A stretch of DNA of 31,730 nt, taken from NCBI RefSeq assembly GCF_006345805.1, contig NW_021832174.1:1-31730 (forward strand), read 5' to 3'. The position numbers and the translations under genes are program-made. This DNA is from Octopus sinensis (lineage: Eukaryota). This document shows positions 21,681 through 31,730 of the stretch, in pieces. The stretch's first letter is position 1. Each line of letters starts with the position of its first letter. Under the pieces are notes generated by a model. That model saw only the letters and a list, made by a program, of their open reading frames with translations, had not been told where the DNA came from and did no database searches.

Positions 21681-22196
21681 AAGGCCTTATCGGAATATTT
21701 AAACTTCGAACAAGGTGTATCACAGGAAGTCTATACGGCGAGGATGCATCCATTTTAAAGTGAATAATTGAGAGTCGCACTGATGAAAAAATAGATAGAT
21801 GGAAATGATAGAAAGGTACTACACACACACGCGCGCGCATACTTACAAACACATACATACGAACATGCGCACACGTACATACTCAGAAACACACATACAA
21901 ACACACAGGCATATTCACAAACACACGAAACACACATACACATACTCACTAACAAAAATGTACAGTCATTCACAAGCACACATTCTAACAAACGCACACT
22001 TGTATAGATATTTATTGTGTGTTTATTGTCTCTAAATTTACGAGAAAATTATATATACACTGATTTCTTCATCGGGTGACAAACACTGGGGAAACATGGA
22101 GCAACCTAAACCGTATTTCCAGAAGAACTGCTGGGTAATCCAAATCCCTTTTCCTCATTCACGTTGATATTATACTATCCGAAACCTATACTTGTA

Positions 22197-22526
22197 TGCT
22201 GGCAGAAACGTTAGCACGCCAGGCGAAATGATTAGCGGTATTTCGTCTGCCGTTACGTTCTGAGTTCAAATTCCACCGAGGTCAACTTTGCCTTTCATCC
22301 TTTCGGGGTTGATTAATTAAGTACCAATTACGCACTGGGGTCGATGTAATCGACTTAATCCGTTTGTCTGTCCTTGTTTGTCCCCTCTGTGTTTAGCCCC
22401 TTGTGGGTAGTAAAGAAATAGATTGTTCGTCTGCCATTACATTCTGAGTTCAAATTCCGCCGAGGTCGACTTTACCTTTCATCCTTTCGGGGTTGATGTT
22501 TAGCCCCTTGTGGGCAATAAAGAAAT
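22197..22526 (+). mobile_element. SINE family A, tandem (monomer plus internally restarted partial units)
   Basis: Head gctggcagaaacgttagcacg and B-box gagttcaaattcc, then a restart after taaagaaatag at about 22421. Confidence 0.88.
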
Positions 22527-22634
22527 ACGAAACATATGCTACAGAACAACAGAAGTAAAATATATCGTATACTCAAATATGTCATGGTTGTATATGCACA
22601 TAAAGATGTATTAAAAGATATACTAAAATTTGTA

Positions 22635-22728
<94 letters not shown>

Positions 22729-22745
22729 GTCTGTCTGTCTGTCTG
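22635..22745. repeat. (CTAT)n-(CTGT)n microsatellite
   Basis: Direct repeat run. Confidence 0.95.
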
Positions 22746-23734
22746 TCAGTCTGTGTATAAATCCTTAAAAATGTTTTAGCCCGAAGGCCGCGGCCATGCT
22801 AGGGCACCGTATATGTGTAAATATATACATACACACATATAAATAGTCACACATATGCATACACACATATATGTATGTATGTATATGTGTGTATATATAT
22901 ATAATATTGAGAAAGACGGAGAGAAGAAGAGAGGTAATAAAGCCTGTGGATTAGGACCAAAATATATTAATGTGGGAAATATACAATGGCACCGATGATA
23001 TGAAATGGTGTGAGATATTTGAGTATAACGATAGACAGATAAACAGAGAGAGAGAGAGAAGAGGAGAGAGAGAGAGAGAAAGGGAGAGAGAGAGAGACAA
23101 ATCCATAAATAAATAAATCGATAGATAGATAAATGGACGGCTGGATAGATTGAGAGGTGGGTAGAAAACTTAAGTGCAAAATAAAAGTAGTGGAAAGCAA
23201 GAGAACAAGTGAAATAATATAGATTTGTGTATGTATATGTATGTACATATATATTTGTGTGTGTATACACACACACATATGCGTGTGTGTCTGTGTGCTT
23301 ATGTACATATATGTACACACGCACACACATATACATGCATATTTACACATATACATATACGTGTGTTTGTAGGGGAGGTAAAACAATGATAAAAAAAGGT
23401 GCAGGGAATGGTTTCGCAAGTGATGGACGGGAATACTAGCAAAGTTCAAAGATTATGTCGGCAGAGTAAACCGAGGAAAGGTTAAATGCCTTTCTGTAAC
23501 AAAAAAACAACAAAAAAACAAAAACAGAAACAAAGCGACAAAAAGAAATCAATAATCAATTGAATAACAGATACATAGTAAATGACGTAAGAACAATAGC
23601 AAGAAGAAAAAAGAGAACAGAAAAATGTAACTGAGAATAAAAGCTTCAGCCATAAGTACAGTAAGAGTAACAGCAATAACGAAAAGTATAATGCCGAGAA
23701 TGACAACAACAACAGCAACACCCCATCACTAACC

Positions 23735-23777
<43 letters not shown>

Positions 23778-23834
23778 TAATAATAATAACAACACAACAA
23801 CAACAACAACAGCAACAACAACAACAACAACAAC

Positions 23835-23892
<58 letters not shown>
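23735..23892. repeat. Compound (TAA)n-(CAA)n-(TAA)n microsatellite
   Basis: Direct repeat run. Confidence 0.95.
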
Positions 23893-24555
23893 GTTTTCCT
23901 TGCTTCTAACGTAGGTATTTCTGTAGTCCTGTGGTGGTTATTTTGTAATAGTTTTCTAGCTGTAGAAGGCCCCCACTACCTCCCATACATTATATATATA
24001 ACCTTTCTATGTCAGATTTTGTGTGGTGCATCCTAAATCCTGTCATTATGTTTCTTATTTTCCTGTCTATTTTGATTACTCCATTTAGAGTCCAGTTAAG
24101 GATATTGTAGCTGTAACTTATAACTGGGACGGTTAGAATGTTGATGCCTATTATCTTGTTTTTCGCATTGAGCTCTGTTTTCAGTATTAATTTAACTCGT
24201 CTATAGTATTCCTTACAGCCGTATGAGCCCTTGCAGCATGCCTTCTGCTCTTCTGGAAACAGGTTGTTATCTTCCAGGAGCTTGCTCATTCTTTGCGATA
24301 ATATTGCAGTAAAGGCTCTGTAAATTGTACGAAGACAAGTCATCGGTCTGTAATTTTGTAGGTTTGCCATTTCAGTGGATTTGGGAATTAGGAAATTTTC
24401 CCTCCCGTGAGCCATTCTGGCTCTGCTAGTATTTCATTAAATTTCTCAGCCAGCTTTTTATGTGTTCCTGTCAGGTATTTTAACCAGAAGTTGCGGGAGC
24501 TTATCGTGCTCGGGTGCCTTTCAGTTGCTTAGCTTTAGCAGTGCCTGGTTGAAGG
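23893..24555 (-). mobile_element. Internal fragment of an R4/Dong-type element (third family) lacking the RT catalytic core
   Basis: NFWLKYL..NYRPMTCLRTIYRAFTAILS..LFPEEQKACCKGSYGCK is fused directly to EYYRRVKLILKTELNAKNK..MHHTKSDIERLYI. Confidence 0.85.
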
Positions 24556-24644
24556 AATATATTCACAGACACGACAATGTTGGGATCTATATACACTGGA
24601 AGATGTACCAACACTATGGAATAACAACAGCAAAATGATGGTAC

Positions 24645-24670
24645 AGGCACAATTCTGCTAGCTCACCGCC
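24645..24670 (-). mobile_element. SINE family A head remnant
   Basis: aattctgctagctcaccgcc followed by ttaataataat, the same junction as at 8190 and 9958. Confidence 0.55.
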
Positions 24671-24681
24671 TTAATAATAAT

Positions 24682-27600
24682 GAACCAATATTTGAAGACT
24701 ACACGTTTAATGAAGAACATAGAGTGTCTATGATAAAAATGAAGCAGAAAATCCTGAATAAGCTTGCTATTGTAAGACACGCCAATATGCATGATAGAGA
24801 ATCACTTCATGAACTTTCAAATACAATCCAAAAAAGAAAAATTAAAATTTTTGTACGAAAAGAAATTATACAAGAACTAAAACCAGATCTCACTGAATTA
24901 AACAAAATTATTTACACAGCTGCTAAGACAATTGAAACCAGTTATATACCTTTGAAAAATCAAAGAAATACAAACCTGAGAAGAATTCCAACTGGAAAAA
25001 TAAAATTGAAAACGAGATTGAAATAATGAGAAGTGAAATATCAATATTGAATGAACTGATCTGTGGAAACCAGAGTAGGAATAAAGATGAAGAGAAAACA
25101 TAGATTCTCACCAAGAGCAAAACTGCTTTCAATAAAAGAAATACTGCAACAAAAAGTTCAAGCAAAAGCTCAAAGAATACGAAGATTTGAGAAGAGAAAC
25201 AAGCTTTACAAGCAAAATAAGATGTTCATATCCAATGTGAAAACATACAAGAGAGAAATAGGGAAGGAGATAATAAACATTAAGGACCTCACTACCATAG
25301 AACTTTTGGAAAAATATCTGGAGTGACGAAAAGACTCACAATGGAAATGCAAACTGGATTATACACACAGAAGGATCCAACCAAAACTTACCAGAACAAG
25401 CATGGGAAGACATCACAATAGCAGACCTAAGGATGACATTCATAAAGGCTCATAAATGTAAATCCCCTGGTGATGATAGGGTGCCAAATTTTCTAGCTCG
25501 CATCGCTCCCGTGCGCACATGAAAATTTATCCAGTTATTCAATGAAATTATGAGAGATCATACGAAAATATCTGATTGGTTAGCAAGCGGTATTACTTAC
25601 CTACTTCCGAAGAATAATGAAACCAAATTTTCCCCAAACTGTCGGCCCATAACGTGTCTATCTACCACGTATAAAATGTTAACATTCATTCTCGTGGAGA
25701 AAACACAAATTTATGGAACAGAACGATATTTTCCCCCACTGATCAAAAAGGGTGCCGACGAGGCTCACATGGACGCAAAGACCAACTCTTAATCAATCGT
25801 TTGATCCTTGAGATCTGTCATAACAAAAGCAGAAATTTCAGTTCCGCATGGATTGATTATAAAAAGGCCTTTGACAGCATACCGCATTCATGGATCATGA
25901 ATTCGCTGGATATCTTCAAAATTTCTCCTGCGATTTCACACTTCCTGTAGCACAAAATGTCAGTGTGAAATACGAATCTCCAATTATACCACTCTAATGG
26001 AGTACTGACCACAAAAAAATATTAATATCAACTGCGGCATTTTTCAAGGTGATTCACTTACATCTTTAATTTTTTGCATAGCCCTAAGACCCCTTACAAG
26101 TGAGTTTAACAGAACGGTATGGATATAAAATTGGTGACAAGAAAATAAGTCAGCTATTTTATATGGATGACTTAAAACTCTATGGCAAAAACGATAATGA
26201 GCTTGAAGGACTATCACGCACAGTGAAAGCATTCAGTGATGACATCGGGATGGAATTAATAAATGTGCCATGGCCACTTTCCAGAAAGGGAAATTGAAGA
26301 CCTCACATTCAGTGGTGTTGGATGTTGACCCAGTCATAAAAAAAACTCGAGCAGGAACAAACTTACAAATACTTCGGAATAATTGAGGGCTCTGGCTTTC
26401 GGTATGCAAACATGAAAGAGTTCAGAAAGGAATGTTAAAGGAGAGTCCGAGCAGTCCTAAAATCCAAGTTAAATGCACGTAACAAGGTGTTAGATATAAA
26501 TTCCGGTTGTTATTTATAGTTTCAATGTGTTGAACTGGAATTTGAACGAAATAAGGAAGATTGAAAGGAAAATCCGTAAGCTGCTGACTTACAATAAGAT
26601 GCATCACCCAAAGGCAGGTGCAGATCGTCTTCACATACTCAGAGCTCAAGGAGATCGAGGCTTGATCTAATTTGAAATCTCCTACAAAACCACCACAACT
26701 GGATTGGCAAAATATCCTGAAACATTTTACGACTGGATGCTAAAGCTTGTTGAAAACCACGAAAGACGTAAGAAGCTTCATTCTGTTATGAAGGAGAGCA
26801 AAAAGTTTTCTAGTGAGTTTATACATGATATCCAGGTTGAACAGCATGATGGTAGTGCGGCAACTGTAGTTGCAAAGAAGTTGAAATGAATAGCAAAGCA
26901 AAATGCGTTTGAACAATTGGCTGATAGGTGGGAACAAAAACCTCTGCATGGCAAATATGTGGTCCGTAGCAAACAAGCTGATGTAGACCAGAAGCACATC
27001 CATCAGTAACAACGGAGCTCAGAGCTAAAGACAGCGAGTGAAGGCTTTATATTGGCTGCTCAAGACCGGAGCTTATAGACTCGGAACTATGAAGCCAATG
27101 TGATAAAAAATGGTGTAGATCCAAAGTGTTGATACTGCAACAATGGGATTGTAAGGTTTTCGCACCTGTAGAATACAAATCAAGACATGACAGAGTTGGA
27201 TAATGTCTACACTAGATAATATATCCGCATTATAAACTCAAAACCACTGACAAATAGTACAAACGTCACCCTGGGGCTGTAACTGAGGAAGAAAATGTAA
27301 CGATTCTTTGGGACTTTCCAGTATGGCAAATAAACGAGATATTGATGTAACAGACCAGAACAATAAAGTCTGTTTATTGATTGACATGAGCATATCCTGT
27401 GAATATAACATCTCGGCGAAAGAATTTGATAAGCTCAGAAAATATAAAGATTTGTTAGTGGAAATTAAAAAGATGTGGCATCTCAAGACGGTTACAATAC
27501 CAGTGATTGCAGAAGCACTTGGAATGATCAAAACAGGAACTGAAAATTATATAAGAATAATTCCTAGCTTACCATCCATGCAGGAAGTGCAAAAGATTGT

Positions 27601-27857
27601 TTTAACTGGTACGTATTGAGAAGAGCATTGTTGCTGTGAATTTTCCTTCCCTTTTCCCCCTTCATTTTCTTTGCTTACGTTATCTTTGATTTTTCCTTTT
27701 TTCTCTGCCTTTCTTCCCTTTTTCCCTATTACATGACTTTGTAAATAAATAAATCTGGTGTTTATATTAATGGCCTACCAATATATACGCTGCGTTTCTC
27801 TGTCCTAGGTTTCTGGAAGACACTCGGCAAGAAATGGAAAGAGAATTGAAAAATGAA

Positions 27858-27858
<1 letters not shown>
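24682..27858 (+). mobile_element. 5'-truncated, decayed R4/Dong-type non-LTR retrotransposon, family a
   Basis: RPITCLSTTYKML, KDQLLIN, AWIDYKKAFDSIPHSWI, GIFQGDS, FYMDDLKLY (YMDD 26160-26171), MHHPKA, KPLHGKY, EGFILAAQD, LLIDMSI..KE.DK..KY and ALGMIK. The 3' UTR matches 8960-9190 and the element ends in (TAA)n. Confidence 0.93.
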
Positions 27859-27927
<69 letters not shown>

Positions 27928-27935
27928 TAAATAAT
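27859..27935. repeat. (TAA)n tail/target array
   Basis: Direct repeat run. Confidence 0.95.
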
Positions 27936-27936
27936 G

Positions 27937-28326
27937 CAAGCTGCCAGAAACGTTAGCACGTTGGGAGAAATGCTTAGCGGTATTTTGTCTGCCGTTACGT
28001 TCTGAGTTCAAATTCCACCGAGGTCAACTTTGCCTTTCATCCTTTCGGGGTCGATTAATTAAGTACCAGTTACGCACTGGGGTCGATGTAATCGACTTAA
28101 TCCGTTTGTCTGTCCTTGTTTGCCCTCTCTGTGTGTTAACCCCTTGTGGGTAGTAAAGAAATAGCTATTTCGCTTGTCTTTACGTTCTAAATTCAAATTC
28201 CGCCGAGCTCGACTTTGCCATTCAGCTTTGCGGGGTCGATAAATTAAGTACCAGTTACGTACTGAGATCGATCTAATCGACTGGCCTCCCTCCCCCAAAA
28301 TTTTGGGCCTTGTGCCTAGAGTAGAA
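27937..28326 (+). mobile_element. SINE family A, tandem dimer
   Basis: Monomer 27937-28164 is nearly identical to 22197-22421, followed by a headless second unit with a different tail (cccccaaaattttgggccttgtgcctagagtagaaa). Confidence 0.88.
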
Positions 28327-28393
28327 AATAATAATAATAATAATAATAATGATAATAATAATAATAATAATAATAATGACGATAATGATGATG

Positions 28394-28475
<82 letters not shown>

Positions 28476-28501
28476 TAATAATAATAATAATAATAATAAT
28501 A
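28327..28501. repeat. (AAT)n with GAT/GAC variants
   Basis: Direct repeat run. Confidence 0.95.
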
Positions 28502-28502
28502 A

Positions 28503-29046
28503 AGTACCAGGCAGTGGCTCTCATGGCTTCTGATCTTAACTGATTGGAAGTGTTATCATGTACATTGTTTTGTCTTGGTATAAAAGATGGGTTACAGCAA
28601 ATATTCTGCTCAATACCACAGATTTGCTTGTCAGTTGTTTGACCTTAACCAGTTGAGCATGTCCCTTAGTGGCTGACGATATGTGCATCTCTGATCACAA
28701 GCAGAAGTAGTGGGGGAGCATCATAGCCATGTGTTGAGAAGGATTCTTTGGGGTTTGAATAATTCACCTTTGGAAACATGGGTGTTTCGTTCAACGTCCT
28801 TAAACAACCCTTATTCAGGGACCTTTTGAGCGGGATGGGTTACTCGATCTGAAGAAAATTCTAACTGGGCTCCACCTGCAAGGTCATGTGCTGTTTATCT
28901 TGATATGAGATCACCATGTCGCGCACATATGGTTGTGATGCATGTGCCTGGTGTATCCTTATCAGACGGGTAGTCATGATGGGTATACTGGGCTTCGTAT
29001 ATTTTACCCCAGTGTCACTTTGATGGCATGCTCTGCTTGCTCACTC
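28503..29046. mobile_element. Unclassified 544-bp non-coding repeat flanked by (TAA)n
   Basis: A second diverged copy follows at 29068-29524. No credible ORF or tRNA boxes were seen; (AAT)n lies on both sides. Confidence 0.7.
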
Positions 29047-29067
29047 AATAATAATAATAATAATAAT

Positions 29068-29524
29068 GGGCCAGGGCAAATATTCTGCTTAATACTACAC
29101 TTTTGCTTGTCAGTTGTTTGACCATAACCAGCTAAGCATGTCTCTTAGAAGTTGATGATATGTGCATCACTGATCAAGAGCAGAAGTAGTGGGGGAGTAT
29201 TACAGCCATGTGTTGCGAGTAATTCTTTGGGATTTGGATAATTCACCTCTGGAAAAATGGGTATTTTGTTCATTATCCTTAAAAAAAACTTTATTCAGGC
29301 ACCTTTTGAGTAGGATGGGCTACTCGACATGAAGAAAATTCAAACTGGACCCCACCTGCAAGGTCATGCGCTGTTTATCTTGATGTAAAATCACCATGTC
29401 ACGCACATATGGTTGTGATACATGTGTTGGTGTACTCTTATCAGACGAGCAGTCATGATGGGTATATTGGGCTTCGTATATTTGTACCCCAGTGTCTCTT
29501 TGACGGCATGCACTGCTCTCTCGC
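29068..29524. mobile_element. Second, left-truncated copy of the 544-bp repeat
   Basis: Aligns from gcaaatattctgc to the shared right end gcatgcactgctctctc, then (AAT)n. Confidence 0.75.
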
Positions 29525-29576
<52 letters not shown>

Positions 29577-29586
29577 CTACAATAAC

Positions 29587-29639
<53 letters not shown>

Positions 29640-29655
29640 CGACGACGACGACGAC
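29525..29655. repeat. Compound (AAT)n-(GAT)n-(GAC)n microsatellite
   Basis: Direct repeat run. Confidence 0.95.
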
Positions 29656-29659
29656 AGCA

Positions 29660-29772
29660 TATTCTGACATAGGCACAGACACAACTTTGCGGGGAGGCGA
29701 ATGCCAGTTATATTTCGACCGCAATACGTGACTGATACTTAATTTAATAGACTCCAGAAGGATGAAAGGTAA
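29660..29772 (-). mobile_element. SINE family A, degenerate 3' part
   Basis: gactgatacttaatttaatagactccagaaggatgaaaggtaaa resembles the reverse complement of the central domain. Confidence 0.5.
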
Positions 29773-29774
29773 AT

Positions 29775-29905
29775 TTTTAATTATAAAAATACTGTAGCAG
29801 TTTTGTATATACGCCAAATGTCTATGGTTGTCTAGTAGAGTAAAATAGGAATCAATGGGGTCCATAGATAAAGAAAAAAAAAGAAAAAAAACGGTTGAGA
29901 ACCAC
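29775..29905. mobile_element. Right end of the same hAT-like MITE family as 20614-20872
   Basis: gtaaaataggaatcaatggggtccatag...ggttgagaaccac matches 20821-20870. Confidence 0.6.
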
Positions 29906-30072
29906 GATATGGAACACACAATCAATCGACAATTAATGTATATGCGCATGCGTGCATGTATGTATGTAGTTATACTGGTATGTACGTATGAGGCTGTAAG
30001 TGTGCGTGTGTCGTCTGCATGCCTGCGTTTATGTGCATGCGTGTGTGTGTATGTACGTGTGTGTGTAGGTAC

Positions 30073-30103
<31 letters not shown>

Positions 30104-30129
30104 TATGAGAAGAATTGCGATGTTGATGT

Positions 30130-30700
30130 GTAGGCTGTGACTGTAGTTGTGGCCGTGGTTCCTGTCGATGTACTGGTGATACATGAGGGTTGTTGCCGAT
30201 GTGTTGTTCTCATTGTTGCTGCAGTCATGACTGATACGTGTTGAAGTGATAACTATTGCCGAGATGGTAACACTTGTTGATAGTGATGATGGTGATGATG
30301 ATGAAGAATATGGTGATGATGATGGTAGTGGTGGTGTTGGTGATGGTGGTAATAATTGCGATGATGGTGATAATAGTAATGGCGACGTCGTTGTCGGCAA
30401 TGATGACAATAAAACTGATACTAGTGAAGACAGTGGAGACGATGACAACGATGACGGTAGTGATGACGACGGCGCTGGTACTTGCGGTAACCGCTGTTAT
30501 GACGTGGTTGTGTTTCTACAGTTGTTCAAACAGCAGTGAAGGTGACGACGATGGCTATGACGATGATGATGATGTTGAAGATGGTGATATCAAGGGTGGT
30601 AGTGGCGATATATTGGAAGTGATGATAATGATGAGATAGTGGAAACGAAATCAGTCAAATTGAAAGTGTCAAGGAGTAAAGATGAAAGACAAAAATAAAT
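30130..30700. repeat. GAT/GGT/GAC-rich degenerate trinucleotide low complexity
   Basis: Composition; the Asp/Gly- and Met/Val-rich ORFs are frame artefacts. Confidence 0.8.
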
Positions 30701-30948
30701 GGCAATTGTAGTGGCGATAGTGGTTGTGGTGGTTCTTAGAATAGTGTTTGTAATGTGATAATGACGATGTAGTGAAAGTCGAGCTGGTGATGTATACTTG
30801 ATATGAAGGAAATATAAGTATACACACACACACACACATGCCTGTATGTAAACAAGGTATTAATGGGGGACTTATGTTCATGCATAGCATACATATACCC
30901 TCTTTCACACACATTAATGTGAAATCACACGCATATATATATATATAA

Positions 30949-31165
30949 AGTTAATCCAAACAAGAAAACACAGAAAAAACAAAAAAAAAACACAGCAACG
31001 CAGGACGTGGAACAATTAAAGTATTATTGACGCTCAGGAAAGAAGGAAAGGAGGGTTTAAAGTTTCGAGCGGAGCTCTTCGTCGGAAACAAGGAGAAGGA
31101 AAGATCCCAAGACGGGAAGACAGAGGAAAAAATATTTGAGCTGGTGGTGCTCAAGAGATCACATG
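30949..31165 (-). mobile_element. Penelope-like pLTR remnant with hammerhead motif
   Basis: Between (TA)n and (TG)/(TA)n arrays; contains the motif at 31055-31089; partial second copy at 1543-1632. Confidence 0.65.
31055..31089 (-). ncRNA. Ultra-minimal type I hammerhead motif (CCGACGA core variant)
   Basis: Minus strand: gttt-CCGACGA-a-gagc/tcc/gctc-GAAA-cttt-aaac. Stems I and II are intact; stem III reads ACTT where a palindromic ACGT would be expected (inferred G>T change). Confidence 0.6.
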
Positions 31166-31253
31166 TATGTGTGTGTGTGTGTGTGTATATATGTGTGTGT
31201 GTATATATATATGTATATATATATTATATATGTGTGTGTATATATATATATAG

Positions 31254-31285
<32 letters not shown>

Positions 31286-31357
31286 ATATATATATATATA
31301 ATATCTATATATATATATATATATATAATATATATATATGAAACACATATATATATA
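31166..31357. repeat. (TG)n/(TA)n microsatellite
   Basis: Direct repeat run. Confidence 0.95.
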
Positions 31358-31359
31358 AA

Positions 31360-31730
31360 ATGAATTCGAACTTGTCTTCGAATAAAGATATTTTCGACGC
31401 AACGGCTCTTGCTTACAATGAGGCGCTAGCGGCCAGCGGGTTCAAAGACCATATAGTATATACATCAGGAACGAGCAACCATAAAAGGAAACGCCACTGA
31501 AAGACTTTATGGTTCGCACCCCTACTCCCTAAACGTCCGGACATGCGTAGGTAAGATTTTTCTTAGGTTGATGGATAAGCATTTCACGTGATCACACAAA
31601 TATAGAAAGATCTTTAACAGACATAATTTAAGGATCTCTTTCAGTTGCGTAACCAATGTTAAGAAAAAGATACTTAGCAGTCCAAAACCATGGACAGAGG
31701 CAGGTTGTTCATGCAGGATCAGAAATGAAT
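31360..31730 (+). pseudogene. Penelope-like element 3: RT thumb and Cys-rich linker remnant (runs off the window)
   Basis: NSNLSSNKDIFDATALAYNEALAASGF..KRKRH*KTLWFAP / PYSLNVRTCVGKIFLRLMDKHFT*SHKYRKIFNRHNLRISFSCVTNV..GCSCR matches the PLE thumb pattern LSSN..IF..Y..AL..SG / W.PPYS.NV.T..GK.FL.L.DKHF / IFNR..SYSC..CNCR. Confidence 0.88.

Noticed and set aside
28670-28860. CTGACGA and CTGAAGA inside the 544-bp repeat
   Set aside because: Neither is followed by a stem II and GAAA; no HDV-like or twister fold could be built by eye.
29320-30835. ORFs of 302 aa and others in the right-hand low-complexity zone
   Set aside because: Translations are microsatellite runs (poly-I, HT, D, M/V) crossing repeat boundaries.
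1-31730. CRISPR arrays, genuine tRNA/rRNA genes, intact retroelement ORFs
   Set aside because: None seen. The tRNA-like boxes belong to SINE heads and every RT or endonuclease frame is interrupted.

Overview
AT-rich, repeat-saturated eukaryotic DNA, most likely cephalopod (Octopus-like). That assignment is inferred from the SINE families and microsatellite density, not from a database match. No intact host gene, tRNA/rRNA gene or CRISPR array is supported, and most entries in the ORF track are artefacts of microsatellites. The window is a mosaic of decayed retroelements. (i) R4/Dong-type non-LTR elements (RT, CCHC knuckle, restriction-like endonuclease) lie in (TAA)n arrays at 8272-9197, 10012-12804, 23893-24555 and 24682-27858. 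(ii) Three Penelope-like element (PLE) coding remnants lie next to (TA)n arrays: GIY-YIG at 3357-3790 and 15129-15832, and RT thumb/linker at 31360-31730. (iii) There is one L1/Tx1-like 3' end. (iv) There are at least three tRNA-derived SINE families, a hAT-like MITE and a non-coding 544-bp TAA-flanked repeat. The most notable signal is a set of five (possibly six) minimal type I hammerhead ribozyme motifs from apparently different families; four have clear and different self-complementary stem III sequences. There is also a complex PLE 5' junction with a perfect 18-bp snap-back and an 88-bp block that matches sequence 3 kb away. These are variations on known retroelement biology; no wholly new system can be claimed from the sequence alone.
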